This document shows, piece by piece, positions 1 through 9,441 of a stretch of DNA of 64,000 nt. The stretch's first letter is position 1. Each line of letters starts with the position of its first letter. A model generated the notes under the pieces. That model saw only the letters and a program-made list of their open reading frames with translations, had not been told where the DNA came from and made no database searches. Source of the DNA: a virus; the IMG/VR virus record IMGVR_UViG_3300044780_000058; one strand, given 5' to 3'. The position numbers and the translations under genes are program-made.

Positions 1-225
1 CCCTCGATCGTGGAGACCGGCTCGAGCTGGCTGGGCGATTACTTCGCGCATGCGCTGGTCACTGGCTCATTAGTTGAAGCCGCTCAGTACATGAAGAGCG
101 AGGACTCACTCTTCACGCGCTACGACCAGGCCTTCGAGAAGGACCTGGCCATGGATAAGGAGTACGCCAAGGGCCGCACCAAGAGAGACACGTATCAGGA
201 GCCAGACACGAGGGTCCCGGCATGA
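1..225 (+). CDS. Head-tail adaptor/tail tubular-type virion protein, C-terminal part (5' truncated by window)
   Basis: Frame open from base 1 (PSIVETGSSWLGDY..LVTGSLVEAAQYMK); resembles the SWLGD..LLYGSLVEA motif of adaptor proteins in this phage gene neighbourhood. Confidence 0.6.
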   Translation, partial: PSIVETGSSWLGDYFAHALVTGSLVEAAQYMKSEDSLFTRYDQAFEKDLAMDKEYAKGRTKRDTYQEPDTRVPA

Positions 226-647
226 TTCACGGGTCGGGTCTGTGCTCTTCCTTCAAATGTCAGGTGCTGCGCGGCCAGCATCACCTGGATACGGACCAGG
301 TGTTCATGGCGCTCTATGTGGCCGCGGCGCCGCTGGATCTGGATGCGACCACGACTTACATTACGACCGGCGAAGTCTCGGGCCAGGGCTACACGGCCCG
401 CGGGCAGATGCTGACGAACGTGCAGGTGCTGGGCCCGATGGCGCGGGCGGCCTATCTGACCTGGGATGATCCGATCTGGCTGGGCTCATTCCTGACCGCA
501 CGGGGCGCGCTGATCTATAACCACACCTTTGCGGACGCCGCGATCGCGATCCTCGATTTCGGCACGGACAAATCTTCGAACCAGGGCGCGTTCAGGGTTA
601 AGTTGCCGCCGCCGGGCCCCTCGACGGCGGTCGTGAGGCTGTTATGA
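222..647 (+). CDS. Conserved phage virion protein
   Basis: 141 aa; LCSSFK..L.G.H, ALY, GEVSGQGY, GALIYN, LDFG.DK pattern typical of the gene preceding tail-fibre genes; ATGA overlap with upstream gene. Confidence 0.7.
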   Translation: MIHGSGLCSSFKCQVLRGQHHLDTDQVFMALYVAAAPLDLDATTTYITTGEVSGQGYTARGQMLTNVQVLGPMARAAYLTWDDPIWLGSFLTARGALIYNHTFADAAIAILDFGTDKSSNQGAFRVKLPPPGPSTAVVRLL

Positions 648-832
648 CACCTGCGCAGGATGTAATCGTGAGCGTGTACACGCCGCCGCTGACTCTGTCG
701 ATCGGCTACGTGACTGTCGACGGGTTCTGGCATGGCGAGTTGACGGCCCCTTACGCCTGGCGTGAGACGCGCCGGCCGGCGACGAAATGGGATCCGCCAG
801 CCAAGCCTTCACGCGTGGATTGGGGGACCTGA
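644..832 (+). CDS. Hypothetical protein
   Basis: 62 aa ORF coupled to both neighbours by stop/start overlaps. Confidence 0.5.
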   Translation: MTPAQDVIVSVYTPPLTLSIGYVTVDGFWHGELTAPYAWRETRRPATKWDPPAKPSRVDWGT

Positions 833-2421
833 TGCCGTCGACCTATACCCAGAACCTCGGGCTCGAGAAGCCCGCCACGGGCGAGCAGGCCGGCGTCTGG
901 GGCACGACGGCGAACACGAGCTATGACGGCATCGACACTGCCACCGACGGCAACCTGAAGATCGCGCTGTCGGCCTCCGCGTACAACTTAAACACGGCCA
1001 ATGGAGCGCCCAGCCAGGGCCGCAATAAAGTCGTCGCCTGGTCGGGCGCGCTGACGCAGAACGCGACTGTCAATATCACGCCCAACACCGCGCAGAAGCT
1101 CTACCTGATGACGAACAACACCACGGGTGGTTTCTCGATTGTGTTCAAGCAAGGCTCAGGCGGCGCGTTCACGCTGCAACCCGGCTACTCGGCCTGGCTC
1201 TATGCCGACGGCGCCGGCAACACCGCGCTGGTCGATGCGGCGCTCAAGAATCCGCAATTCGGCAATGTCTTGGTGACCGGCAATCTAACCCTCAACGGCT
1301 CACTGGTCTCGACCGCGGCGCAGGTTTTTTCACAGCCTGTGACGTTCAACGCCGCGGTGGCGCTGAACGGTCCGACCACAGCTACGGGCCTGGTCATCAA
1401 CACCACTGGGTATGCGGCCGCGCCCTACGACATCTACTACCGCAGCGGCGCCGGCACTGTGGTGCCGCTGCCGGTGGGTTCGCCGGCCCAGGTGCTGCAG
1501 GTGCAGAGTAACGGCTCGATTGCCTGGGCGACAGTGCAGCTCTCGATCGGCTCTGTAGTCGCCGGCGCCACTCCGTATGCAGTCTACTACTCGTCTGGCG
1601 CGAACCTGTTGGCGCAATCGGCGTTGGTGAACATCAATCCGGCCGCGGGCCTGGGGATCGGACTGGTGCCGAGCCATTCGCTGCACCTCGGCTACGGCGC
1701 CACGCCGGAAGTCTGGCTCGACACCAACGCTCCTGCGACCGGCACCCAGCAGCGGCAGCTGCTGTACGCGACCAATGGTGTGCCGCGCTGGCATCTCTAC
1801 TCGCCGGCGCAGGCAGAGGGTGGCGGCAACACCGGCAGCAACCTGAATCTGATCTGCTACAACGATGCTGGCAACGCCACTATTCAGGTGCTCTCTGGGT
1901 GGCGCGCCTCAGGCAACCTGAGCGTGGGTGTGTACGGCGACATGGGCGCTTCCCTCGGCGTGACCGCTCACGGCGCGACGCAGCCGCCGATCATCGCGCG
2001 TGGTGTGGCCGGTCAGCAATACCTGCAGATCTGGCAGGACGTGAACGGCACCACTATGGCTTCGATCGACGGCGCCGGCACGCTCTACCTGGCGCACTCG
2101 ACGTTCTTGCAGGTGCAGCCGGTGTCGGGCCGCTTGAATCTCTACGGCACGATCCCGAATTCGCCCTGGGGCTGCATCCACGTCGGGCGCGAGCCGAACA
2201 CGACTACACAGGTCGCCGGCATTCGCGGCGCGATCGCGATGGAGGTGGCGGGCTCGGAGACCGACGTGCTGCCCTCCGGCCTGATTCGCTTCTACTACCG
2301 CGGCGGAGCGTTCGTCATCAATTACGTCGAAGGCGGGCAGCAGCGCTACGCCTATTTGATGCTGGCGGGCGCGCCGCTCGGGCCGATCCAGTGGAACGTG
2401 ACCACCACGGTGTTTTTCTAG
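832..2421 (+). CDS. Tail fibre/tail protein
   Basis: Starts MPSTYTQNLGLEKPATGEQAGVWGTTANT, a common tail-protein N-terminus; G/T/N-rich beta-type body; start chosen at the TGATG overlap. Confidence 0.75.
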   Translation: MPSTYTQNLGLEKPATGEQAGVWGTTANTSYDGIDTATDGNLKIALSASAYNLNTANGAPSQGRNKVVAWSGALTQNATVNITPNTAQKLYLMTNNTTGGFSIVFKQGSGGAFTLQPGYSAWLYADGAGNTALVDAALKNPQFGNVLVTGNLTLNGSLVSTAAQVFSQPVTFNAAVALNGPTTATGLVINTTGYAAAPYDIYYRSGAGTVVPLPVGSPAQVLQVQSNGSIAWATVQLSIGSVVAGATPYAVYYSSGANLLAQSALVNINPAAGLGIGLVPSHSLHLGYGATPEVWLDTNAPATGTQQRQLLYATNGVPRWHLYSPAQAEGGGNTGSNLNLICYNDAGNATIQVLSGWRASGNLSVGVYGDMGASLGVTAHGATQPPIIARGVAGQQYLQIWQDVNGTTMASIDGAGTLYLAHSTFLQVQPVSGRLNLYGTIPNSPWGCIHVGREPNTTTQVAGIRGAIAMEVAGSETDVLPSGLIRFYYRGGAFVINYVEGGQQRYAYLMLAGAPLGPIQWNVTTTVFF

Positions 2422-2422
2422 C

Positions 2423-3247
2423 ATGACCACCATCCACGACACACTTCCGTACGCCGACGGCCGCCTGGCCTCGGGGCGCATCGTGGTGAGCTGGCCTCCC
2501 TTCGAAGTGGGCGGTGCGTCGGTAGCCGGCGGCATGCAGGCCTTCGATTTTACGAATGGCGCGCTCGACGTGACGCTCACGGCCAATAGCGGCGCTCTGC
2601 CGCTGGGCATGTACTACACCGCGGCCTATGAGCTCGAGGAAGGCGTCGTCTACAGCGAGTATTGGGTAGTGCCCGACCTGCCCACCTGCAAGCTTGGTCA
2701 GGTGCGCGTGGCCTTTCCGGTGACGCCGTCGGCTGCGATCAACGCACAGCAGCTGACCAGCTCGGGTGCCGTGAATAATCAGTACCTCGGCTGGGACGGT
2801 AACCACTGGACGCCGATGACGCTGCCAGCGGGCGTGAGCGGCCTGCAGTCGCCCTGGACGAGCGATATCGACGGCAACAACAAGAACCTGGCGAACGCGC
2901 ACGATATCGATATCACCGGCACCTATCGTCGTGCCGGCGTCCCGCTCAGTATTTCGCTGCAGAACGTAGTGACGGGCTCCCGCGCTGCCGGCGTCGTCTA
3001 CCGCAACACGGGCGGCAAGGTGCTGTTTGTGAACACCTGCTGGGACCTGGCCGGCAAGGCCTCCACGCTATCGTTCCGCACCGACGCTGCGACGCCGCCC
3101 ACTACCGAGGTGACGCGGGTGTCGGATCCGAGCGCGCAAGCGGGGGTTGTGCTTCAGTTGTTCGCGATGGTGCTGCCGAACAACTACTACACCTGCACCG
3201 TAACGGCCGGGACGCCGGGACTGATTTCCTGGGTGGAATACACCTGA
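2423..3247 (+). CDS. Tail-fibre-associated structural protein
   Basis: 274 aa; QSPWTSDIDGNNKNLAN resembles [17 protein letters not shown] in the fibre at 29260-31743. Confidence 0.55.
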   Translation: MTTIHDTLPYADGRLASGRIVVSWPPFEVGGASVAGGMQAFDFTNGALDVTLTANSGALPLGMYYTAAYELEEGVVYSEYWVVPDLPTCKLGQVRVAFPVTPSAAINAQQLTSSGAVNNQYLGWDGNHWTPMTLPAGVSGLQSPWTSDIDGNNKNLANAHDIDITGTYRRAGVPLSISLQNVVTGSRAAGVVYRNTGGKVLFVNTCWDLAGKASTLSFRTDAATPPTTEVTRVSDPSAQAGVVLQLFAMVLPNNYYTCTVTAGTPGLISWVEYT

Positions 3248-3254
3248 GAGGCTT

Positions 3255-3623
3255 ATGTCGACACTCACTCTAGACTATACGCAGCGATTAAACCTGCACG
3301 CCCTGATCGGCGCGCAGCGCGGCTCGGTCGATGACGTGCGGTTGTACTGGAAACTGCAGGACAAGATCGAGCTCAGCGATGAGGAGCGCGAGAAAATCAA
3401 CTTTCGCGTGATAGACGTGAACGGCCAGCAGCAGGCGGCCTGGGACCTGGTGCCCAACGCGCCTGTCGAATATGAATTCACGGCCGAAGAACTCTCGCGT
3501 CTGAGTCGTGTGATCAAAGAATGGCAGGCCGGCTTCGTCGCCGCGGATCGGCGCTGGCTCGAGCCGCTGCTGGCGCAGCTCGACCACGTGTCGACGAACG
3601 GGAATCAACCCAAGTTGAATTGA
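3255..3623 (+). CDS. Hypothetical protein, possible fibre assembly chaperone
   Basis: 122 aa helical acidic ORF with GAGG RBS, between tail genes. Confidence 0.5.
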   Translation: MSTLTLDYTQRLNLHALIGAQRGSVDDVRLYWKLQDKIELSDEEREKINFRVIDVNGQQQAAWDLVPNAPVEYEFTAEELSRLSRVIKEWQAGFVAADRRWLEPLLAQLDHVSTNGNQPKLN

Positions 3624-3624
3624 A

Positions 3625-5514
3625 ATGCCGCTGTCAAAGCTCCAGTTCCGCCCGGGCATTATCCGCGAGGTCACAGAGTACTCGCAGTCCGGCGGCTGGT
3701 ACGACGGCGACAAAATTCGCTTCCGGCAGGGCTACCCCGAAAAAATCGGCGGCTGGTTGCGGGTGGTGCGGCAGAAGCTTGAGGGCGTCTGCCGGCACAT
3801 CCATCAGTGGGCGAACCTGGAGAGCGACCGCTACGTAGGGCTGGGCACGAGCAGCCATCTCTACATCCTGTGGAGTGAGAGCTACTACGACATCACGCCG
3901 CTGCGTACGACGATCGGTCCGCTGGCGGCGAATCCGTTCCTCACGGGCGCGGCCGGCACCACTCTGATGACCGTGACCATCCCGGCGCATGGGGCGCGCG
4001 TGGGTGATTGGGTCCAGTTCAGCGGAGCAACCGCGTTCGACGCGTACTCGGCCGACGTGCTCAATGGGCAATATCAGGTGGTCGCGGTGGTGGATGTCAA
4101 CACTATTCAGATCACCATGCCGACTCCCTCGACGGGCGGCCTGGTGGCGGGAGGCGGCACGGGGGTGTCAGCGGCCTTTCTGATCGAGCCTGGTCTCGAC
4201 GACGCGGTGGTCGGCATGGGCTGGGGCATTCCGCCCTGGGGCGGCACGGCCGCGGGCGCCGGCATCTCGGTGGGTTGGGGTCAGCCGTTCGATCCGACGC
4301 AGCTGTACCCTGTCAATCCGACGGTCAATCAGCTGCGCTTGTGGGATCTCGACAATTTCGGCTCTGACCTGGCGGCGAATATCCGCGGCGGCCCGATTTA
4401 CTACTGGCATCAGGCCAGCGGCCTGGGCTCGAGGGCCGTACCGCTGAACACTCCAGTGACCGTCAGTGGCGTGACCTACACGCCGATTGGCGTCCCAGCG
4501 ACGGCCCGCCAGATTCTCATTTCACCCAACGATCGGCACCTGATCGCGATGGGCTGCGAGCCGCTTGGGGGATCGCAACCAGACTTGCTCCTGGTGCGCT
4601 GGTCGACCGAGGAGGATGCGTACAACTGGCAGCCGCTACGCACCAACACCGCCGGCGACCAGCGGCTCTCTGCCGGTAGCTACATCATCTGCGGCATGCG
4701 CACCGCCTCCGAGATTCTGATCTGGACCGACCTGGGGTTGTGGGCGATGAAATATATCGGCACACCCTATGTGTTCGGGTTCGACTCGATCGCGAGCGGG
4801 CTCTCCATCATCGGCCCGAACGCCATGATCAACACCGGCTCGATCGTGTTGTGGATGGATCGCGGGATTTTTTATGCGTACACCGGCCAGATCCAGGAGC
4901 TGCCGTGTGCGGTCAAGGATTACATCTTCAACGACTTTAATTATCTGCAGGGCTACAAGGTCTATGCCGGTCACAACCATGCGTTCAGCGAGGTGACCTG
5001 GTTCTATCCGAGTAAGAACTCGCTCGAAAACGACCGCTATGTGACCTACAACTATGGCGAGCAGGTGTGGTCGCTGGGCCAGATCGAGCGCACCGCCTGG
5101 CTCGACATGGGCCGCGGTTCGTACCCGGTGGCGACGGACCGCAAGAACGGTCTGCTCTACTATCACGAGTACGGCGACGACGACGACGGTGTGCCGTTGC
5201 CGGCGTGGATTGAGTCAGCCGATATTGACGCTGAGGGCGGCGAGCACTATCTGTTCCTGTCGCGGCTGATCCCGGATGTGGCATTTCGCGGTGATGCCGA
5301 GCGGCAGGCGGTAGGCATCACGGTGCTGACGCGCTCGGCGCCCAACAAGCCGAAGCTGGTGGCGGCGCGGCTCGAGGTGACGCCGTACACACCGGAGCAG
5401 TCTATCCGGGTGCGTGAGCGGCAGATTTCATTCCGCATCGAGAGTGAGGGCCTGGGCGTGGGCTGGCGCCTGGGCACGCTGCGCAGCGACATGCAGCCCG
5501 ACGGGAGGAGATAA
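3625..5514 (+). CDS. Tail nozzle/DNA-stabilisation protein (P22 gp10/tubular B-like)
   Basis: 629 aa; F.PGI.RE.T.YSQ.GGWYDGDKIRFR.G.PEKIGGW N-terminus, beta-propeller-like body, WRLG..R.D.QPDGRR end. Confidence 0.75.
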   Translation: MPLSKLQFRPGIIREVTEYSQSGGWYDGDKIRFRQGYPEKIGGWLRVVRQKLEGVCRHIHQWANLESDRYVGLGTSSHLYILWSESYYDITPLRTTIGPLAANPFLTGAAGTTLMTVTIPAHGARVGDWVQFSGATAFDAYSADVLNGQYQVVAVVDVNTIQITMPTPSTGGLVAGGGTGVSAAFLIEPGLDDAVVGMGWGIPPWGGTAAGAGISVGWGQPFDPTQLYPVNPTVNQLRLWDLDNFGSDLAANIRGGPIYYWHQASGLGSRAVPLNTPVTVSGVTYTPIGVPATARQILISPNDRHLIAMGCEPLGGSQPDLLLVRWSTEEDAYNWQPLRTNTAGDQRLSAGSYIICGMRTASEILIWTDLGLWAMKYIGTPYVFGFDSIASGLSIIGPNAMINTGSIVLWMDRGIFYAYTGQIQELPCAVKDYIFNDFNYLQGYKVYAGHNHAFSEVTWFYPSKNSLENDRYVTYNYGEQVWSLGQIERTAWLDMGRGSYPVATDRKNGLLYYHEYGDDDDGVPLPAWIESADIDAEGGEHYLFLSRLIPDVAFRGDAERQAVGITVLTRSAPNKPKLVAARLEVTPYTPEQSIRVRERQISFRIESEGLGVGWRLGTLRSDMQPDGRR

Positions 5515-5516
5515 CT

Positions 5517-5795
5517 ATGGCGCGAGTGGTTCGACAGGCACTGCCGCAGCCGCCGCCGGTGTATGACCAGAGCTACATGGCGGAGCTCATCAACGCGGTG
5601 AACGCCTACATGTTCCAGCGTGAGGCGCCGGGCGAGGTGATCGCGGCCCGGTTCGTTATGACGGACCCGCCGGTCGTGAGTGCCGCGGCCGGCGATTATC
5701 CAGACACCTCAAAACTGGCTACCGGGACTCTCTACCTGGCCACGCCGCAAACTGGCCAGAAATTTTTAACGGTCGTCAACAAACAGGATATATAA
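5517..5795 (+). CDS. Conserved small virion-region protein
   Basis: LPQPPPVYDQSYMAEL motif, directly after the nozzle gene. Confidence 0.55.
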   Translation: MARVVRQALPQPPPVYDQSYMAELINAVNAYMFQREAPGEVIAARFVMTDPPVVSAAAGDYPDTSKLATGTLYLATPQTGQKFLTVVNKQDI

Positions 5796-5798
5796 GCC

Positions 5799-6656
5799 AT
5801 GAGACTAAGTGGTCGTATGCCGCAGCTGCGCGTGCCGAGTGGCCTGGCCTCGATACGCGGGCTGGGGTCGAAGCGAACGATGCCGCACCTGACGCCCGGC
5901 GGCAGCCGGTTGGCCCAGGGCGGCGGGTTGAATCCGGTTAGTGAGATCTACGCGGCCGATCGGCCGAAGCTCTACAATCCGCGCGCCCGCGCGGTGCTCG
6001 AAGCTGTGAGCCGCACTCCGATGGCCAACCGCGAGATGTTCGCCATGCCGGGCTCGACGGCGCGGTTTCCTTACGCTGAGGGCGGGCCGGCACCTGAGGA
6101 GACGGAGCCCGAACTCCAAGAGCAGGCCTCGCCCGAGGACGACGAGGCGCGCCAGGTAGTGCTGGAGGCTATGGCTGCGCTCGAGGGGCAGTCCGAGGAT
6201 GCCGAGGGCGCGCTCGCGGATTTTATTGATCTGTTCGGCGCGCAGGCGCTGGCGGACCTGCAGCAGATGGTCGAGGCGAAGCACCAGAAACAGACGCAGA
6301 CCGAGGAAGAAGAGGACGAAGAGGCGCCGGAGCAGCCCGAGGATGAGGAGGCGGAAGGGGAAGAGGCGCCCGAGGAGCTGGCGCAGGCCGGCGGTGGACT
6401 GCTCGAGGGGGACGGTACGGGCCAGTCGGACGAGATTGAGGGCGTCACACCCTCGGGCCGGCCGGTGCTGCTGTCCGACGGGGAATACGTGATTGACGCG
6501 CCTACGGTGTCCGCGCTGGGGGACGGCTCGACGGCGGCCGGCGCCCGGCGGCTGGACGATTTTCGTAAGCAGGTGCGGGCGAATGCCTGGGGGCACGATA
6601 AGCAAGCCAAGCCCATGAAAAAGGGCTCAGGAGGCGTGGTGGTGCGCCTGCGCTGA
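5799..6656 (+). CDS. Acidic internal-virion-type protein
   Basis: GGGLLEGDGTGQSDEI..VLLSDGEYVI..TVSALGDGS..GARRLD motif; three AxGG motifs; acidic tract. Confidence 0.55.
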   Translation: MRLSGRMPQLRVPSGLASIRGLGSKRTMPHLTPGGSRLAQGGGLNPVSEIYAADRPKLYNPRARAVLEAVSRTPMANREMFAMPGSTARFPYAEGGPAPEETEPELQEQASPEDDEARQVVLEAMAALEGQSEDAEGALADFIDLFGAQALADLQQMVEAKHQKQTQTEEEEDEEAPEQPEDEEAEGEEAPEELAQAGGGLLEGDGTGQSDEIEGVTPSGRPVLLSDGEYVIDAPTVSALGDGSTAAGARRLDDFRKQVRANAWGHDKQAKPMKKGSGGVVVRLR

Positions 6657-6658
6657 CG

Positions 6659-6886
6659 ATGGCCTCGGTTCAGTTATCCCACCTCGAGTACGCCCTGAAG
6701 CGCCGGTTTGAGGAGGAAATGCGCGCCCGGACGGACGCCCTGGTGTCGGGGGCGCCGGCCGACTATGCGGCGTATCAATATATACGGGGCCAGATTGATG
6801 GTATACAATTTTGCCTAACGACGATTTTTGACATGCACGAACGCTTTGAGCGCGACGGCGGTTTTATCGAGGATGAGCATGAGTGA
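6659..6886 (+). CDS. Conserved hypothetical protein
   Basis: 75 aa; DYAAYQYIRGQIDG motif; this kind of gene commonly precedes phage GroES-like genes. Confidence 0.55.
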   Translation: MASVQLSHLEYALKRRFEEEMRARTDALVSGAPADYAAYQYIRGQIDGIQFCLTTIFDMHERFERDGGFIEDEHE

Positions 6887-7280
6887 CTCAGTGGAAATCG
6901 ATCCGATCGTGGCGCCGGCGCCGGCGGAATCGGAGACGATCCGCGGTGCGCTCGAGCCGACCGGTTATCGCGTCCTGGTGCGGATTCCGAACCTGCCCCA
7001 ACAGATGGAGCGGTGGGGCAAGCTCTACATGCCCGAGACGACGCACGCGGTGGAAGAGTCAGCGCAGCTGATCGCGCAGGTGGTCGCGCTGGGCCCGGAC
7101 GCGTACGCGGATAAGGAGAAATTCCCGACGGGCGCCTGGTGCGCGCCCGGCGATGTGGTCGTGATCCGCGCTTACGCCGGCACGCGCTTCACGGTGGGCG
7201 GGCACTTGTACGCGCTCATCAATGACGACACTGTGCAGGCGGTCGTGCGCGGTAACCCTGCGGATATTGAGAGACCGTGA
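6879..7280 (+). CDS. GroES/Cpn10-like co-chaperonin
   Basis: EPTGYRVLV, mobile loop GKLYMPET, VVALGPDAY, GDVVVI..YAG, YALINDD.V.AVV. Confidence 0.8.
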   Translation: MSDSVEIDPIVAPAPAESETIRGALEPTGYRVLVRIPNLPQQMERWGKLYMPETTHAVEESAQLIAQVVALGPDAYADKEKFPTGAWCAPGDVVVIRAYAGTRFTVGGHLYALINDDTVQAVVRGNPADIERP

Positions 7281-7282
7281 TA

Positions 7283-8263
7283 ATGGCGGAAGAACCAGCA
7301 GCAGAAGAGCAGCAGCAGCCGGAGGTAATCGTCGAGGTTGCGGGCGATGCCGATAACAAGCTGGGCAAGCCGCAGCTGACCGACGACGAGGTGTCGAAGC
7401 TCGCCGACGTCCCGGACGATGAGGTATCCCGCTACGCCAAGGACGCCCAAAAACGCATCAAGTCGCTAAAAGTCGTCAATCAGGAATGGAAGCGTCGCGT
7501 CATCCAGTCAAACAAGGACATGGCGACGGCGACCACCTTGGCGCAGCAGCTCTATAACGAGAACCAGCAGCTCCGCGCCAATGTGGGTCGGAGTGAAGAG
7601 GCGCTGATCAACCAGGCCATCCAGCGCGCGGAAGCGCAGCTCGAGCAGGCCAAAAGCCGCGCCCGGCTGGCCTACTCGGCGTCGGACCCTGACGCGATCG
7701 TGGCGGCCAACGAGGAAGTCTCCCGCTACGTGGCCGAGACCGATCGGCTGCGTCTGTTGAAGCCCACGACTCCAGCGGCCGCGGCCGCTGCGCCTGAGGA
7801 GGAGCGGCCGGCGGCGCCGGCTCAGTCTCCAGGTGTGCAGGCCTGGATGCAACGCAACCCCTGGTTCAATGCGCCGGGCAATGAGGAAATTACCGGCTTC
7901 GCTTTGGGCGTGCATGCGGACCTGGCCAAGCAGGGCATTACCGAAGCTTCCAACCCCGATCAATATTGGTCGTCAATTGATCGCCGGCTGCGTGAAGTCT
8001 ATCCGCAGCGCTTCAAGACCGCCGTGCCGGCGGCGCCGGCCGAGTCGGAGCAGCAGTCAGAGCAGGAACCGGCCGAGCAGCCGGTGCGCCGGCCGGTGGC
8101 GGTGATGGGCGGCACGCGTGTGAATGGCAGCGCGCCGGTCCGGCCGCGTCACGTGACGTTGACCGATAGCCAGGTGCGCATCGCGCGGTCGCTCGGCCTG
8201 ACGCCAGAGCAGTATGCGCAGCAGTTAGTCAAAGATTCGATGAAAGATGGGAGGGTCCAATAA
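7283..8263 (+). CDS. Capsid scaffolding protein
   Basis: Acidic coiled-coil, WMQRNPWF, C-terminal LTDSQVRIARSLGLTPEQYA; upstream of capsid genes. Confidence 0.7.
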   Translation: MAEEPAAEEQQQPEVIVEVAGDADNKLGKPQLTDDEVSKLADVPDDEVSRYAKDAQKRIKSLKVVNQEWKRRVIQSNKDMATATTLAQQLYNENQQLRANVGRSEEALINQAIQRAEAQLEQAKSRARLAYSASDPDAIVAANEEVSRYVAETDRLRLLKPTTPAAAAAAPEEERPAAPAQSPGVQAWMQRNPWFNAPGNEEITGFALGVHADLAKQGITEASNPDQYWSSIDRRLREVYPQRFKTAVPAAPAESEQQSEQEPAEQPVRRPVAVMGGTRVNGSAPVRPRHVTLTDSQVRIARSLGLTPEQYAQQLVKDSMKDGRVQ

Positions 8264-8754
8264 TGAAGTCACCCGAAGATACCCGCACTTCGCGCGATCA
8301 AGAGACGCGCGATGCCGGGGCGCGTGAGCAGGTCTGGATCCCGCCCAATGTGTTGCCGGATCCGCATCCCCGTCCCGGCCTGGTGTACCGCTGGGTACGC
8401 ACGTCCACGATGGGGCAAGCGGATCCAATCAATGTCTCCACGTCGTTCCGCGAGGGGTGGTCTCCCGTGCTGGGAGCGGATTACCCCGAGCTGCAGATCC
8501 TGTCCGACTACGGCACGCGCTGGCCGGACGGGGTAGAGGTGGGTGGACTGTTATTGTGTAGCGCGCCCGCGGCACTGTCGCGACAACGACAGGAACACTA
8601 TCGCAAAATGACGGAGGCCCAGATGCAGTCGGTCAACGACCAACTCGAGGCTGATACTGATCCGCGTTTTCGGACCATGTTCCGGTCGCACGTCACGCAG
8701 GTTACCCGCGGTTTTGGCCCGGTAGTGCGACGCGAGAGCAAAGAGTCGCGCTAG
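8263..8754 (+). CDS. Conserved head-region protein
   Basis: YRWVR..D..NV....REGW.PV, VEVGGLLLC motif; located between scaffold and capsid genes. Confidence 0.6.
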   Translation: MKSPEDTRTSRDQETRDAGAREQVWIPPNVLPDPHPRPGLVYRWVRTSTMGQADPINVSTSFREGWSPVLGADYPELQILSDYGTRWPDGVEVGGLLLCSAPAALSRQRQEHYRKMTEAQMQSVNDQLEADTDPRFRTMFRSHVTQVTRGFGPVVRRESKESR

Positions 8755-8798
8755 CCAGGCTCGGGCTAACTTAACTTCCACGCGAGGAGGAACGACGC

Positions 8799-9425
8799 AT
8801 GAGTGCCGTTGCAGGCCCCTACGGGCTGCGTGTCGTCAAACTTTTAGGAGATTTGCCGTTCAGCGGTGGCGTGCACAGCTACCCGTTGACGGCCAACCAG
8901 GCCAAGGGTTTTTATTTCGGCGATCCTGTTGGTCTCACCGGTGGTAACCCGGTCCCACTGACCGCAACTCCCACCACAACGCTATCCGCGAATAACCCCA
9001 TCGGCGTCTTCATGGGCGCCGAGTGGATCGACCCGGTACGCGGTTTTGTGAACGCGCAGTATCTGCCCGCCAACGCGATTTCGAACGGCGCTACTAAGGT
9101 CAAATTGAAAATCGCCGACTCCCCTACCCTGGTCATGCAGGTCCAGGCGGATGGGCCGGTCACGGCCGATAAAATCGGGTTGAACGCCGCGTTAACGGGC
9201 TTCTCCGGCGGCACCGGCGGCAACGTAGCGACGGGCGATTCGACGGTGGCGCTGGTGGCCTCGAGTGCTGCGGCCACCGCTACGCTGGCGGTGCGCATCT
9301 ACGATTTCGTCAATACTGGCGGCCCTGCGGTCGGCGCAGGGTCTCAGCCTGGCGACGCATTTACCGACGTACTCGTCGTGTGGAACTTTGGAGTTCACCG
9401 CATGACGATGAGCGCAGCCCAATAA
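8799..9425 (+). CDS. Capsid decoration/cement-type protein
   Basis: PYGLR.V....G N-terminus, GDPV, IGVFMG; small A/G/T-rich beta protein with GAGGAGG RBS, just upstream of MCP. Confidence 0.6.
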   Translation: MSAVAGPYGLRVVKLLGDLPFSGGVHSYPLTANQAKGFYFGDPVGLTGGNPVPLTATPTTTLSANNPIGVFMGAEWIDPVRGFVNAQYLPANAISNGATKVKLKIADSPTLVMQVQADGPVTADKIGLNAALTGFSGGTGGNVATGDSTVALVASSAAATATLAVRIYDFVNTGGPAVGAGSQPGDAFTDVLVVWNFGVHRMTMSAAQ

Positions 9426-9441
9426 GGAGGAGGACACAGCC

